Below the pieces are notes generated by a model. The model searched no databases and was not told the DNA's origin. It saw nothing but the letters and a program-made list of their open reading frames with translations. This document shows positions 10,464 through 20,521 of a DNA stretch of 64,000 bases, one piece after another. The first letter of the stretch is position 1, and each line of letters begins with the position of its first letter. The position numbers and the translations under genes were made by a program. Source of the stretch: Flavobacteriaceae bacterium. Lineage in GTDB: Bacteria; Bacteroidota; Bacteroidia; Flavobacteriales; Flavobacteriaceae. The stretch lies in NCBI GenBank assembly GCA_021648755.1, contig JAKISG010000010.1:7017-71016 (forward strand), given 5' to 3'.

Positions 10464-11918
10464 ATGTTAAAAAACTTTTTAGGTGACAGTCCGTTATGGT
10501 ATAAATATACCATTCTTGGGTTTCTGCTTTTTAATATTATTGCTTATTTTACTCTAGGTAAGACAATTACTTCGTGGATTATTATTGCTGAATTCATATT
10601 TACTTTAGCAATGGCATTAAAATGTTACCCATTAATTTCTGGCGGATTACTTGCTATACAAGTTTTAGCATTAAACCTTACAACAGCAAAGAATGCATAT
10701 AATGAAGTATCACAAAATTTAGAAGTAATTCTACTTTTAATGTTTATGGTTGCTGCAATTTATTTTATGAAACCATTATTGATGTTTGTGTTTAGTAAAA
10801 TTTTCATTAAAGTAAAATCAAAATTAAAACTATCTTTATTGTTTGTGATTTTATCTGCCGTGTTGTCTGCATTTTTAGATGCACTTACTGTAACCGCAGT
10901 ACTAATAAGTGTTACTGCTGGTTTTTACGGTGTATATCATAAAATACATTCTAGTGATTTAGATCAGGATATACGAAAACAACTAAGTGAAGAAAATTTA
11001 GAACAATTTAGAAGTTTTTTAAGAAGTTTAATTATGCATGGTGTTGTTGGTACTGCATTAGGCGGTGTCATGACTATAGTTGGTGAACCACAAAATTTAT
11101 TAATTGGCGAAAAATTAGGCTGGAATTTTATAGACTTCTTTAAACAAATGGACGTTATAACTATTCCTGTTTTCTTTGCAGGCTTGCTTACAACTATAAT
11201 CTTGGAGAAATTTAAATTATTTGGTTTTGGTGCAGAGTTACCAGCAGTAGCCAGAAAAATCATTGAAAATTATACTGTTAATGAAGACGAAAGTCGTACA
11301 AAAAAAGAGAAAAATAACTTGATAGTACAAGCAGTTGCAATGGTATTATTGATAATTGGTCTAGCACTACATCTTGCACCTGTTGGCTTTATAGGTTTAG
11401 CACTTATCATATTTCAAACTGCTTTTATGGGGATTACCGATGAGCATCATATAGGTCCTGCTTTTGAAGAAGCATTACCATTTACAGCATTATTAGTAGT
11501 CTTTTTTGTAATTGTAGCTATGATTCACGATCAACATTTATTTAAACCAGTTATAGAATACGCTTTGGCAATGCATCCGTCTAAACAACCAACAATGTTT
11601 TATATTGCAAACGGGGTTCTTTCTGCAATAAGTGATAATGTTTTTGTAGCAACAGTTTATATTAACGAAGTACAAGCAGCTTTTAATGCACAAGAAATTA
11701 CGCGGGAGCAATATGAAAAATTAGCAATTGCAATAAATACAGGTACAAACTTACCTAGTGTCGCTACACCGAACGGACAAGCAGCATTTTTGTTTTTATT
11801 AACATCATCTTTAGCCCCATTAATTAATCTATCTTATGGTAAAATGGTAAAGATGGCATTTCCATACGCCGTAGTTTTAGGAGGTGTTGGTTTACTTGGT
11901 ATAATGTATTTATTATAG
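10464..11918 (+). CDS. nhaB: Na+/H+ antiporter NhaB
   Basis: 484 aa. N-terminus [12 protein letters not shown]...[16 protein letters not shown] closely mirrors E. coli NhaB. Confidence 0.9.
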   Translation: MLKNFLGDSPLWYKYTILGFLLFNIIAYFTLGKTITSWIIIAEFIFTLAMALKCYPLISGGLLAIQVLALNLTTAKNAYNEVSQNLEVILLLMFMVAAIYFMKPLLMFVFSKIFIKVKSKLKLSLLFVILSAVLSAFLDALTVTAVLISVTAGFYGVYHKIHSSDLDQDIRKQLSEENLEQFRSFLRSLIMHGVVGTALGGVMTIVGEPQNLLIGEKLGWNFIDFFKQMDVITIPVFFAGLLTTIILEKFKLFGFGAELPAVARKIIENYTVNEDESRTKKEKNNLIVQAVAMVLLIIGLALHLAPVGFIGLALIIFQTAFMGITDEHHIGPAFEEALPFTALLVVFFVIVAMIHDQHLFKPVIEYALAMHPSKQPTMFYIANGVLSAISDNVFVATVYINEVQAAFNAQEITREQYEKLAIAINTGTNLPSVATPNGQAAFLFLLTSSLAPLINLSYGKMVKMAFPYAVVLGGVGLLGIMYLL

Positions 11919-11941
11919 AAATAAAAAATATTTTTTTAACT

Positions 11942-11972
11942 AAAAGTCTAAACATATCGGTTAGACTTTTTT
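11942..11972. terminator. Bidirectional hairpin terminator between convergent nhaB and porin genes
   Basis: Stem AAAAGTCTA (11942-11950) pairs with TAGACTTTT (11962-11970), flanked by an A-run and a T-run. Confidence 0.55.
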
Positions 11973-12007
11973 ATTAAATTATATTTATTTAGAAATTGAA
12001 TCTAGGT

Positions 12008-13219
12008 TTAAAAATCTAACTGTAAACGCACTTGAAAAATAGATGCATTTCCCTGATTAATTACATTAATAAATATATGATTAAATGCAATTTTAGTAAC
12101 AGGGTTTAAGTACCAATTTACGCCTAAAGTAATATTAGTTTGTTCTCCTCCAAGAATATCTTTACTAGTATAGTCTGAATTAGAATAACGCAATGCTGCT
12201 TCCCAAGCACCAAGACCTTTATACTCTTTACGTCCAAAATTATTTTTTGGTTTTAATCTATCAAAACCACCATAAGAACTTTTATACTTTTTATGTTCAC
12301 CTGTTAAGAAATAACTTATTTGCGCATAGTAACTTGCAAAATTATACGAAATATTTGCATTTACTTTAGATGTTAAATACTCTGCTTGTGCGATAAATGG
12401 CCCTTGTGTAAAAACGGCTTCTATATTAATTAAATTTACGTGATCTACATCTTCAATAATACCAGTATCTATATATTCTATGCCACTTAAATGTGACTCA
12501 GGCTTAGATGTTATATTATATTCTCTTATTGCAGAAACTCGATAACTATACCCTAAGCCTAGGTGTAAAAGTTGCTTTTTAATTACGTTATTAATAGGTA
12601 AGCCAGTTACTCTTCCTGTAAAAACATAACCATCATTTGCTTTTTCATCATTTCCCGTTTTACTATCTGCATTTCTAAAAAGTGCCGCTTGATAACTAAT
12701 TCTATTATCCTTAAATTCATTCATTAATAAAACTCCTTGGTTTCGTGTTGGTGCATAATCACTAATTAAAGAACGTTCCATAAAAGTAAGATACTTACTA
12801 CTTGTTAACATCTCAAAACGAAAAGGTTCTTTAACATAACCTACTCTAATTGTGCCAATAATAGGAATATTTTTAATACCTAAGTAAACATCTTTTAAAG
12901 CAACGATACCACCTTCAAAAGCTAAATCTAATTTAAATTCTGTATGGTCATAAACCGTACCCGAAAAAAAGAGTCTTGCACGTCTAATTTCTACGGCACT
13001 TGTAGTTTCTAATTCACCAAAACGAAAATCTAAATCATTATCTTGTTGCATAAAAGCATGATCTAACATTAAACGACCGCCAAATTTAAATTTTAAACTT
13101 TTATCTTTATTTTCTACCTTAAAACCTTTATCCCATTTAAATAAAAACGGATTTTCTTGAGCAGTTAAAATATTTAAATTTAGTAAAATAATAATAAGTG
13201 CAATTTTATTCAATTTCAT
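12008..13219 (-). CDS. Outer-membrane porin (phosphate-selective OprO/OprP-like family)
   Basis: 403 aa with a signal peptide, beta-barrel-like alternating pattern, and terminal F (…QLDF). Confidence 0.6.
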   Translation of the reverse strand: MKLNKIALIIILLNLNILTAQENPFLFKWDKGFKVENKDKSLKFKFGGRLMLDHAFMQQDNDLDFRFGELETTSAVEIRRARLFFSGTVYDHTEFKLDLAFEGGIVALKDVYLGIKNIPIIGTIRVGYVKEPFRFEMLTSSKYLTFMERSLISDYAPTRNQGVLLMNEFKDNRISYQAALFRNADSKTGNDEKANDGYVFTGRVTGLPINNVIKKQLLHLGLGYSYRVSAIREYNITSKPESHLSGIEYIDTGIIEDVDHVNLINIEAVFTQGPFIAQAEYLTSKVNANISYNFASYYAQISYFLTGEHKKYKSSYGGFDRLKPKNNFGRKEYKGLGAWEAALRYSNSDYTSKDILGGEQTNITLGVNWYLNPVTKIAFNHIFINVINQGNASIFQVRLQLDF

Positions 13220-13365
13220 TTTTTATTATTTATTTTTCTGCGAAAATATTCATTTTATTTTTTATACAAATTTTTTAATGTTACCTTAAGGTTAAATAAT
13301 CATACTGTAAACCTTATGTTTGTTAAAATTATTTAGACCTATTTAATACCTAGACAATTTTTATA

Positions 13366-14262
13366 CTACTTTCGTGGGTGAAACTGTTCTATTACTTCCT
13401 TTAAAAAACTACGATCAACATGCATGTAAATTTCTGTAGTTGTAATGCTTTGATGACCTAACATTTGTTGTATGGCACGTAAATCTGCACCGTTTTCTAA
13501 CAAATGAGTTGCAAAAGAATGTCTAAAAGTATGCGGACTTACTTTTTTTTCTATTCCAGCCTTTATAACTAAATCTTTAATTATCATAAAAATCATATTT
13601 CTAGATAGTTGTTTTCCTCGTCGATTTAAAAATAAAGTATCTTCAAATTCTTTTACAGGGTTTATATGATTTCTAATTTCGGATATATATAATAAAATAT
13701 ACTTTTGACTTTGTAAATTAATAGGCACAAATCGTTGTTTGTTTCCTTTACCAATGACTCTAATAAACCCTTCTTCAAAGAATAAATCAGAAAGCTGTAA
13801 GGTAATTAACTCAGTTACACGTAAACCACAACTATATAATATTTCTAAAATAGTGCGATTTCTTTCTCCTTGTGAATGGCTTAAATCTATTTGAGCAATG
13901 ATTAAATCTATTTCTTTTGTTGAGATAGTATCTGGTAATTTTCTGCCAATTCTAGGAGCCTCTATTAATTCTACAGGGTTTAATTTACGATAACCTTCAA
14001 AAATTAAATAATTAAAAAAACTTTTTAAACCAGAAATTAATCTTGATTGTGATCTTGGATTTAATTTTTTAGATGCAGTGTAAATAAACTGTTGTATAGT
14101 TTTTTCCATAATTTCAATAGGCGAAATTAGAATATCATTAACTTCCAAATAGTGAATTAGTTTATTTATATCACGCGCATAACTTTCTATAGAGTTTTGT
14201 GATAACCCTCTTTCAATTTTAAGGTATAAAGTATAGTCATTAATTGCATTATTCCATTTCAT
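13366..14262 (-). CDS. xerD: Tyrosine site-specific recombinase XerD
   Basis: 298 aa. Catalytic R...HxxR...Y pattern (GLRVTEL, HTFRHSFATHLLENGADLRAIQQMLGH, TEIYMHV). Confidence 0.88.
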   Translation of the reverse strand: MKWNNAINDYTLYLKIERGLSQNSIESYARDINKLIHYLEVNDILISPIEIMEKTIQQFIYTASKKLNPRSQSRLISGLKSFFNYLIFEGYRKLNPVELIEAPRIGRKLPDTISTKEIDLIIAQIDLSHSQGERNRTILEILYSCGLRVTELITLQLSDLFFEEGFIRVIGKGNKQRFVPINLQSQKYILLYISEIRNHINPVKEFEDTLFLNRRGKQLSRNMIFMIIKDLVIKAGIEKKVSPHTFRHSFATHLLENGADLRAIQQMLGHQSITTTEIYMHVDRSFLKEVIEQFHPRK

Positions 14263-14388
14263 ATGTTAAAATTAGTTTTAGTTTTTGACATCTCAAAAAA
14301 CGTTTTTTTTATAAAAACTTTATAATGTATCTAAAATTACAAATAAAATTATACTTTTGTGCAAATTAACCCAACAAATTTAAAAAAA

Positions 14389-14958
14389 ATGATAAAGAAA
14401 GTTTTATTAATTTTAGTTCTATTTTTAAGTATTTCTATAAGTGCTCAAACCTATTTTGGTTTTAAAGTAGGTGCAAATTTCGCAAATTTTTCAGGTGATG
14501 TAGAGAACAATGGTATTAAACCGTCTTTTCATGTTGGTGGTGTTGTTGAAGTGCAGATAAACGATTTCTTTTCTGTACAGCCAGAAGTATTGTTTTCAAT
14601 GCAAGGTTATCAAGATAAAGATGATGCATTATTAAAATACAATTACCATTATGTAAATGTACCAATTATGGTTAAATATTTTGTAAATGAAAATTTTAGT
14701 ATTGATGCTGGACCACAAGTAGGGATGCTTTTAGCTGCAAAAATTAGTACTGGTACTGAAGAGTTAACCGATGTAAAAGACTTATCAAATACGTTTGATT
14801 ATGGTGTTAATCTAGGCGGAAGTTATGAAATGGATAACGGTATGAATATTAATATTAGGTATAATTACGGTTTAGCAAATGTATTTGACAATGAAAGTAA
14901 TGACTTAAAAGCAAATAATACGGTTATTCAAGTTTCTTTAGGCTATAAATTTTATTAA
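14389..14958 (+). CDS. Small outer-membrane beta-barrel (porin-family) protein
   Basis: Signal peptide MIKKVLLILVLFLSISISAQ, eight-strand-like pattern, C-terminal YKFY. ATG 14389 preferred over the upstream GTG start (14359) in the ORF track. Confidence 0.75.
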   Translation: MIKKVLLILVLFLSISISAQTYFGFKVGANFANFSGDVENNGIKPSFHVGGVVEVQINDFFSVQPEVLFSMQGYQDKDDALLKYNYHYVNVPIMVKYFVNENFSIDAGPQVGMLLAAKISTGTEELTDVKDLSNTFDYGVNLGGSYEMDNGMNINIRYNYGLANVFDNESNDLKANNTVIQVSLGYKFY

Positions 14959-15065
14959 AATTTTATAAGTAAAATACGTTAAGTGTTTATGACAAATGAG
15001 TGCGCAAACATTTAGTAACTTGCTTATGATACTAGTTCTATAAGTAATTTACCTAACAATGCTTA

Positions 15066-15103
15066 TGATTAGTATTGGCTATCGTTTTAGCTAATACTAA
15101 TTA
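15066..15103 (+). terminator. Strong hairpin (possible T-run-less terminator) downstream of the OMP gene
   Basis: TTAGTATTGGCT (15069-15080) pairs with AGCTAATACTAA (15089-15100) with one G-U pair. The stem is extendable by 3 bp. There is no T-run. Confidence 0.35.
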
Positions 15104-15171
15104 GTGATGTAGTATAAAAAAGACTTAAAATTTTTCATTTTTTGATGCTTAATATTTCGTAACTTTACCAA

Positions 15172-15609
15172 ATGAAACTAGCAATAATAAACGGTCCAAA
15201 TTTAAATTTACTAGGGAAAAGAGAAACATCTATTTATGGAAATACTAGTTTTGAAAAATATTTTAAGCAACTTCAAAAAGAGTACCCTAAAATTGAAATT
15301 GTATATTTTCAAAGTAATATAGAAGGCGAAATTATGAATAAATTACATCAAGTTGGTTTTGATTATGATGGCATTATTTTAAATGCAGCTGCGTATACAC
15401 ATACCTCTATAGGTATTGGAGATGCGATTAAAGCAATTACAACAGCAGTAATAGAAGTACATATTTCTAATGTAAGGTGTCGTGAAAAATTTCGTCATAA
15501 ATCTTTTATAACACCACATTGTAAAGGCTTAATTATGGGGTTTGGTCTAGTAAGTTATAAATTAGCAATTGAAGCGTTTACGAAAGAAACACTAAAATTT
15601 AATCTATAA
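15172..15609 (+). CDS. aroQ: Type II 3-dehydroquinate dehydratase
   Basis: 145 aa with INGPNLNLLGKRE and AAYTHTSIGIGDA motifs. Confidence 0.93.
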   Translation: MKLAIINGPNLNLLGKRETSIYGNTSFEKYFKQLQKEYPKIEIVYFQSNIEGEIMNKLHQVGFDYDGIILNAAAYTHTSIGIGDAIKAITTAVIEVHISNVRCREKFRHKSFITPHCKGLIMGFGLVSYKLAIEAFTKETLKFNL

Positions 15610-15610
15610 A

Positions 15611-16153
15611 ATGTGTTTAGAAGAAGAACAAGTAATATTAGTAAATAGAAACGATAAACAGATTGGCTTAATGTCAAAAATGGAAGCGCATGAAAAAGCA
15701 ATTTTACATCGTGCATTTTCGGTATTTATATTTAATGATAAAAAGGAATTACTTTTACAGCAAAGGGCAAGTCACAAATATCATTCGCCAAATAAATGGA
15801 CAAATACATGTTGTAGTCATCAAAGAGAGGGAGAGACCAATATCCAAGCAGGAAAAAGACGTTTGCAAGAAGAGATGGGGTTTTATTGTGAACTAAAAGA
15901 AGTTTTTAGTTTTATATATAAGGCGCCCTTTGATAACGGGCTAACTGAGCACGAATTAGATCATGTAATGATTGGTTCCTACAATGAAAATCCAATAATT
16001 AATATAGAAGAAGTAAAAGGTTTTTGTTGGCTTTCTATTGCAGGTGTTAAAGAAGATATAGCTAATAACCCAGATAAATATACGATTTGGTTTAAAATAA
16101 TTCTTGATGCGTATCTTTATCAAATAAAAAAAACTAAAAAATTAAATGTTTAA
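15611..16153 (+). CDS. idi: Isopentenyl-diphosphate delta-isomerase, type 1 (Nudix fold)
   Basis: 180 aa with LHRAFSVFIFN, the WTNTCCSH active-site Cys, and the E-rich Nudix-like segment RRLQEEMG. Confidence 0.88.
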   Translation: MCLEEEQVILVNRNDKQIGLMSKMEAHEKAILHRAFSVFIFNDKKELLLQQRASHKYHSPNKWTNTCCSHQREGETNIQAGKRRLQEEMGFYCELKEVFSFIYKAPFDNGLTEHELDHVMIGSYNENPIINIEEVKGFCWLSIAGVKEDIANNPDKYTIWFKIILDAYLYQIKKTKKLNV

Positions 16154-16167
16154 ACAAGAAAAGATAA

Positions 16168-16581
16168 ATGCCAAAAGTAACAACACATAGAAAAGCACAC
16201 TTCAACGCAGCACATAGATTATATAACAACAAATGGACAGATGCTAAAAACGTAGCAGTATTTGGCAAATGTGCAAACCCTAATTACCATGGTCATAATT
16301 ACGATTTAATAGTTTCGGTTACAGGCGAAATTAATGCAGAAACAGGTTTTGTTATAGATATAAAAATTTTAAAAGAATTAATTAAAATTGAAATTGAAGA
16401 TTATTTTGATCATAAAAATTTAAATAAAGAGATCCCTGAATTTAAAACATTAAACCCAACTGCTGAAAATATTTCTATAGTAATTTGGAATAAATTACGA
16501 TTAAAAATGAATACTAAACTAGATTTAAAAATTACTTTGTATGAAACTGCTCGTAATTTTGTAACTTACTCAGGAAAATAA
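16168..16581 (+). CDS. queD: 6-carboxy-5,6,7,8-tetrahydropterin synthase
   Basis: 137 aa with FNAAHRL...HGHNY zinc/His motifs of the PTPS/QueD family. Confidence 0.9.
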   Translation: MPKVTTHRKAHFNAAHRLYNNKWTDAKNVAVFGKCANPNYHGHNYDLIVSVTGEINAETGFVIDIKILKELIKIEIEDYFDHKNLNKEIPEFKTLNPTAENISIVIWNKLRLKMNTKLDLKITLYETARNFVTYSGK

Positions 16582-16622
16582 CTTACTGATATTAAATATA
16601 TAATGTAAAATAACTAAAAAAT

Positions 16623-17159
16623 ATGCAAAAAACACTATTTAATTTATTACTTTTTCTATTGTTAATAATAGCTACAGTTAATATAAATGCACAAAAAACA
16701 AAATTAAAAGTTGGCAATAAAATACCAGACTTTACATTACTCAACCAATATGGTGATGAATTTAACTCTAAAGATTATTACGGAAAACAATCTCTTGTAA
16801 TCTTTTTTTACCCCAAAGATAACGCACCAATCTGTACTTTACAAGTTATTTCATTTAGAGATAGTTATTCAGAGTTTAGAGAATTGAATGCAAAAGTTGT
16901 TGGTATAAACCCAGAATACCTAATGAATCACACTGAATTTTCAAAAGCTAATAACTTACAGTATCCGATTCTAGCAGATAAAAATAACACAGTGCAAAAA
17001 CTATTTGGTGTACCATGGTTTTCTGTATCAAAAAGACCCAAAAGATATACTTTTATAGTTAATAAATACGGAGTTATTAAACACGTATATTATAATAAAA
17101 AAGATGCTGAAAGTCATGTTACAGAAGCCTTAAAGGCGCTACATAAATGCTGTTCTTAA
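16623..17159 (+). CDS. Secreted Bcp/redoxin-family peroxiredoxin
   Basis: Signal peptide plus a thioredoxin fold with FFYPKDNAPICTLQ (peroxidatic Cys). Confidence 0.8.
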   Translation: MQKTLFNLLLFLLLIIATVNINAQKTKLKVGNKIPDFTLLNQYGDEFNSKDYYGKQSLVIFFYPKDNAPICTLQVISFRDSYSEFRELNAKVVGINPEYLMNHTEFSKANNLQYPILADKNNTVQKLFGVPWFSVSKRPKRYTFIVNKYGVIKHVYYNKKDAESHVTEALKALHKCCS

Positions 17160-17361
17160 GTAAGTAAGCTAATTCTCTTCGAACACCTCTGTCAGAATTA
17201 AAAATAAAATTAGTCTTAATCTTTCTGTTCTTAGATGCTAATTACCCAAGTTTTTAAAATAGTATTTTTAGTAGTTATATCTTGACTAATGTGTAATTAT
17301 TTTGTTTGAACGAATTGTAACTAAAGGTATGCAAACCTAAAAGTCAATATTCAGAAACGTT

Positions 17362-18681
17362 TTATCCAAAAATTAAATGGTAAATATCGCTACCAAATAC
17401 GAGAACCATTAAACTCATAATAATTACAAAACCAATAACTTGAGCAATTTCCATAACCCTTTCGGTTGCTGGTCTTCCTGAAATCATTTCGTAAAGTAAG
17501 AATATAATATGACCGCCATCTAAAGCAGGAATAGGTAAGAGATTTAAAAACGCTAGCCAAACAGAAAACATAGCAGTAAATTTCCAAATAAATAACCAAT
17601 CCCATGATTGAGGCATCATAGAAACGATACCTATTGGACCTTTTACATGTTTATACCCTTTCGTTTTTTTATTAAAAATTAACTTAAATTGTCTTACTTG
17701 TTTTATCAAAATAGCCACTGTTTGAGACAAGCCCTTAGGAATTGATTGTGCAAATGAATATTCATCCGTAGTAATAAAGCTTTTATAGGTAGCCAAATCA
17801 CGCACTATTCCTATTCTAGAACTATCAGGCACAAAAACATTTAAATTAATAATTTGGTTATTTCTATTTATAGTTAGATGCAAACTATCATTTTTAGTTT
17901 TTTGAATACTTGCAACTAAATCATCCCAATATTTTACAGGCTTACTATTAACCATCGTTATTAAATCTCCTTTTTGAATATTTGCAATACTTGCTTGTGA
18001 ATTTGGAGTTACCGATTCAATAACAGGAGGAAAAGCAGGAGCAATAAAATTTTTACCTTGACTTTCTAAAACTAATTTTTTAACCTCATCTTTTAATTCA
18101 AAAGAAACATTTTTACCATTTCTAAGAACAGTCATTTTATCACCTAACAAAATGTCAAAAGGTAAATGGTCAAACTTTTTTATTTTTTTACCATCAACCG
18201 AAATAATCTTATCTCCTTTTTTAAGACCTAATTTTTCACCAATTTCATCTACATAAATACCATATTTAAGTTTACTGTTATCTATATAAGTGTCGCCTTT
18301 TGTTACTAATAATGCACTATAAATAAACCAAGCTAAAAAGAAATTTACAGTAACACCACCAATCATAATAATAAAGCGCTGCCATGCAGGTTTTGAACGA
18401 AACTCCCATGGTTTTGGCGGTAATTTTAGTTGCTCCTTATCCATGCTTTCATCAATCATGCCTGCTATTTTTACATAACCACCAAAAGGAATCCAGCCAA
18501 TGCCATAAACAGTATCGCCAATTTTCTTTTTAAATAAAGAAAACTTATAATCAAAAAATAAATAAAATTTTTCAACTTTAGTTTTAAATAATTTTGCAGG
18601 TATAAAGTGTCCTAATTCATGAAGAATTACTAAGATTGATATAATTAGTACGAATTGCGTAATTTGGATAAATACAGTCAT
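17362..18681 (-). CDS. rseP: RIP metalloprotease RseP (site-2 protease)
   Basis: HELGHF zinc motif in TM1, PDZ-like central region, C-terminal NLLPIPALDGG. Start moved to ATG 18681 (MTVFIQ...), since the 23 upstream codons look non-coding. Confidence 0.9.
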   Translation of the reverse strand: MTVFIQITQFVLIISILVILHELGHFIPAKLFKTKVEKFYLFFDYKFSLFKKKIGDTVYGIGWIPFGGYVKIAGMIDESMDKEQLKLPPKPWEFRSKPAWQRFIIMIGGVTVNFFLAWFIYSALLVTKGDTYIDNSKLKYGIYVDEIGEKLGLKKGDKIISVDGKKIKKFDHLPFDILLGDKMTVLRNGKNVSFELKDEVKKLVLESQGKNFIAPAFPPVIESVTPNSQASIANIQKGDLITMVNSKPVKYWDDLVASIQKTKNDSLHLTINRNNQIINLNVFVPDSSRIGIVRDLATYKSFITTDEYSFAQSIPKGLSQTVAILIKQVRQFKLIFNKKTKGYKHVKGPIGIVSMMPQSWDWLFIWKFTAMFSVWLAFLNLLPIPALDGGHIIFLLYEMISGRPATERVMEIAQVIGFVIIMSLMVLVFGSDIYHLIFG

Positions 18682-18890
18682 TGTAGTAAAATTAATATAA
18701 AAACGCACAAAAGTAAAACTTTTAGTTAGGTAAAAAAAATTCAAACGCACTTTATAAAGGACAAGACAAATAAAAGAGATATAAAAAACATATTATTATG
18801 AAAAAATTTGATATATTTTTTTTTAATGCGTTTACTCTAGTTTTTATATTATAATTATATATTATATTCGCACATTAAATTACAAGTCTA

Positions 18891-20165
18891 ATGTTACAAG
18901 TATCATTTATAAAAGAAAACAAAGAAGCTGTTTTAAAAGGATTAGCAGTTCGCAACTTTACAAATGCAGCAAAAATTATTGATACAGTAATCACAATCGA
19001 TGAAAATCGTAAGAATACTCAAACTGAATTAGATAAGATTTTAGCAGAAGCAAATAAGATTGCAAAAGAAATTGGAAATTTATTTAAAAACGGCGAAGTA
19101 GAAAAAGCAAATACACATAAAAAGAGATCAGGTGAATTAAAAATTATTTCAATCAAATTAAAAGAAAAATTAACCATTGTAAACACGAATTTAAACGAAT
19201 TACTATATCAAATTCCAAATATTCCAAATATTTTAGTGCCTAAAGGAAATAGTGAAAAAGATAATGAAATTACTTTTCAAGAAGGCGAAATCCCAAAATT
19301 ATACGATGGTGCGTTACCACATTGGGAACTGGCAAAAAAACACGACATTATTGATTTTGAATTAGGTACTAAGATTACAGGAGCAGGTTTTCCTGTTTAT
19401 AAAGGTAAAGGTGCAAAATTACAACGTGCATTAATCAATTATTTTTTAGATAAAAATACTAGTGCAGGCTATGATGAAGTACAAGTACCACATTTAGTTA
19501 ATGAAACATCTGCTTTTGGTACAGGACAGTTACCAGATAAAGAAGGACAAATGTATCACGATGTAAAAGATAATTTGTATTTGATACCAACAGCCGAAGT
19601 GCCGATTACCAATATTTTTAGAGACGTACTATTGAAAGAAGAAGATTTTCCGATTTGTAAAACAGGGTACACACCTTGTTTTAGAAGAGAAGCAGGTTCT
19701 TACGGTGCACATGTTCGAGGTTTAAATAGATTACATCAATTTGACAAAGTAGAAATTGTACGTATCGAACACCCAGATAAATCGTATAAAGCTTTAGATG
19801 GTATGGTAGATCATATCGTAGAAATTCTACGTGAATTAAAACTGCCATTTCGTATTTTAAGATTATGTGGAGGTGATATAGGATTTACTTCGGCGCTTAC
19901 TTATGATTTTGAAGTATTTTCCACAGCACAAAATAGATGGTTAGAAATAAGTTCCGTTTCAAATTTTGAAAACTTTCAGGCAAACCGATTAAAATTACGT
20001 TATAAAGATACTAATGGTAAAAAAAAATTAGCACATACCCTTAACGGAAGCTCTTTAGCGTTGCCAAGAGTCCTAGCAAGTATTTTAGAAAACTATCAAA
20101 CACCAAACGGAATTAAAATACCTAGAGTTCTAGTAAAATATACAGGTTTTGAAATAATTGATTAA
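18891..20165 (+). CDS. serS: Serine--tRNA ligase
   Basis: 424 aa with an N-terminal coiled-coil arm and class II motifs (PTAEVP, CFRREAGS, NGSSLALPR). Confidence 0.96.
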   Translation: MLQVSFIKENKEAVLKGLAVRNFTNAAKIIDTVITIDENRKNTQTELDKILAEANKIAKEIGNLFKNGEVEKANTHKKRSGELKIISIKLKEKLTIVNTNLNELLYQIPNIPNILVPKGNSEKDNEITFQEGEIPKLYDGALPHWELAKKHDIIDFELGTKITGAGFPVYKGKGAKLQRALINYFLDKNTSAGYDEVQVPHLVNETSAFGTGQLPDKEGQMYHDVKDNLYLIPTAEVPITNIFRDVLLKEEDFPICKTGYTPCFRREAGSYGAHVRGLNRLHQFDKVEIVRIEHPDKSYKALDGMVDHIVEILRELKLPFRILRLCGGDIGFTSALTYDFEVFSTAQNRWLEISSVSNFENFQANRLKLRYKDTNGKKKLAHTLNGSSLALPRVLASILENYQTPNGIKIPRVLVKYTGFEIID

Positions 20166-20170
20166 TTCTT

Positions 20171-20311
20171 TTAATTTGCAACAACCACAGTCATCAATTT
20201 TTTATATTGACTCACTTCTTTTAAAGCACTTACATAAGCCGTAATTTGACCAGTAACCATAAAATTGATCGCTTTGTTTTTTGCAGTTTCGTATAAAATT
20301 TTAAAATCCAT
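20171..20311 (-). CDS. Candidate 46-aa small protein (below the ORF-track cutoff)
   Basis: Manual translation gives MDFKILYETAKNKAINFMVTGQITAYVSALKEVSQYKKLMTVVVAN. ATG start and TAA stop 5 nt from the serS stop. Composition looks protein-like, but there is no homology evidence. Confidence 0.35.
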   Translation of the reverse strand: MDFKILYETAKNKAINFMVTGQITAYVSALKEVSQYKKLMTVVVAN

Positions 20312-20521
20312 AATTTTTTAAGTTTAATTTAAATTGATTATCTACTTATAAAACAAATTACATGCCAAAATGTTACCTATCTTAAACCCTTTTAGATTTA
20401 AGGTATTAAAAGTATTTTCTTTAAATTTATATTTCATTAACATTTGTTTGCTTATTTTTGAAGTGTAAACATAATAAACTCGGAATAGTTTTTGATTAAA
20501 AACCCTAATAGTATAATAACA

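Noticed and set aside
13366-14262. The tyrosine recombinase, considered as an integrase marking a mobile island.
   Set aside because: Its sequence and size fit chromosomal XerD. Its neighbours are housekeeping genes. It is 12.7 kb from the toxin locus, with no att-like repeats or tRNA.
15690-15896. 68-aa same-strand ORF nested in idi in another frame. The same applies to other nested or antisense track ORFs at 1313-1525, 1886-2101, 6163-6402, 7005-7229, 7866-8222, 8766-9071, 9570-9758, 10964-11263, 17390-17605, 20342-20527, 20766-20972, 23716-23907, 24362-24586, 26063-26263, 34532-34714, 39908-40237, 43523-43894, 49022-49282, 51197-51424, 53862-54053, 54642-54905, 57626-57838, 60913-61104, 61708-61968 and 62618-62878.
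   Set aside because: Each lies wholly or largely within a longer ORF that carries clear family motifs. The exception is 20342-20527, which lies mostly in the serS-TPR intergenic gap and only clips the TPR ORF start, and was rejected on composition. Their translations are low-complexity or compositionally odd.
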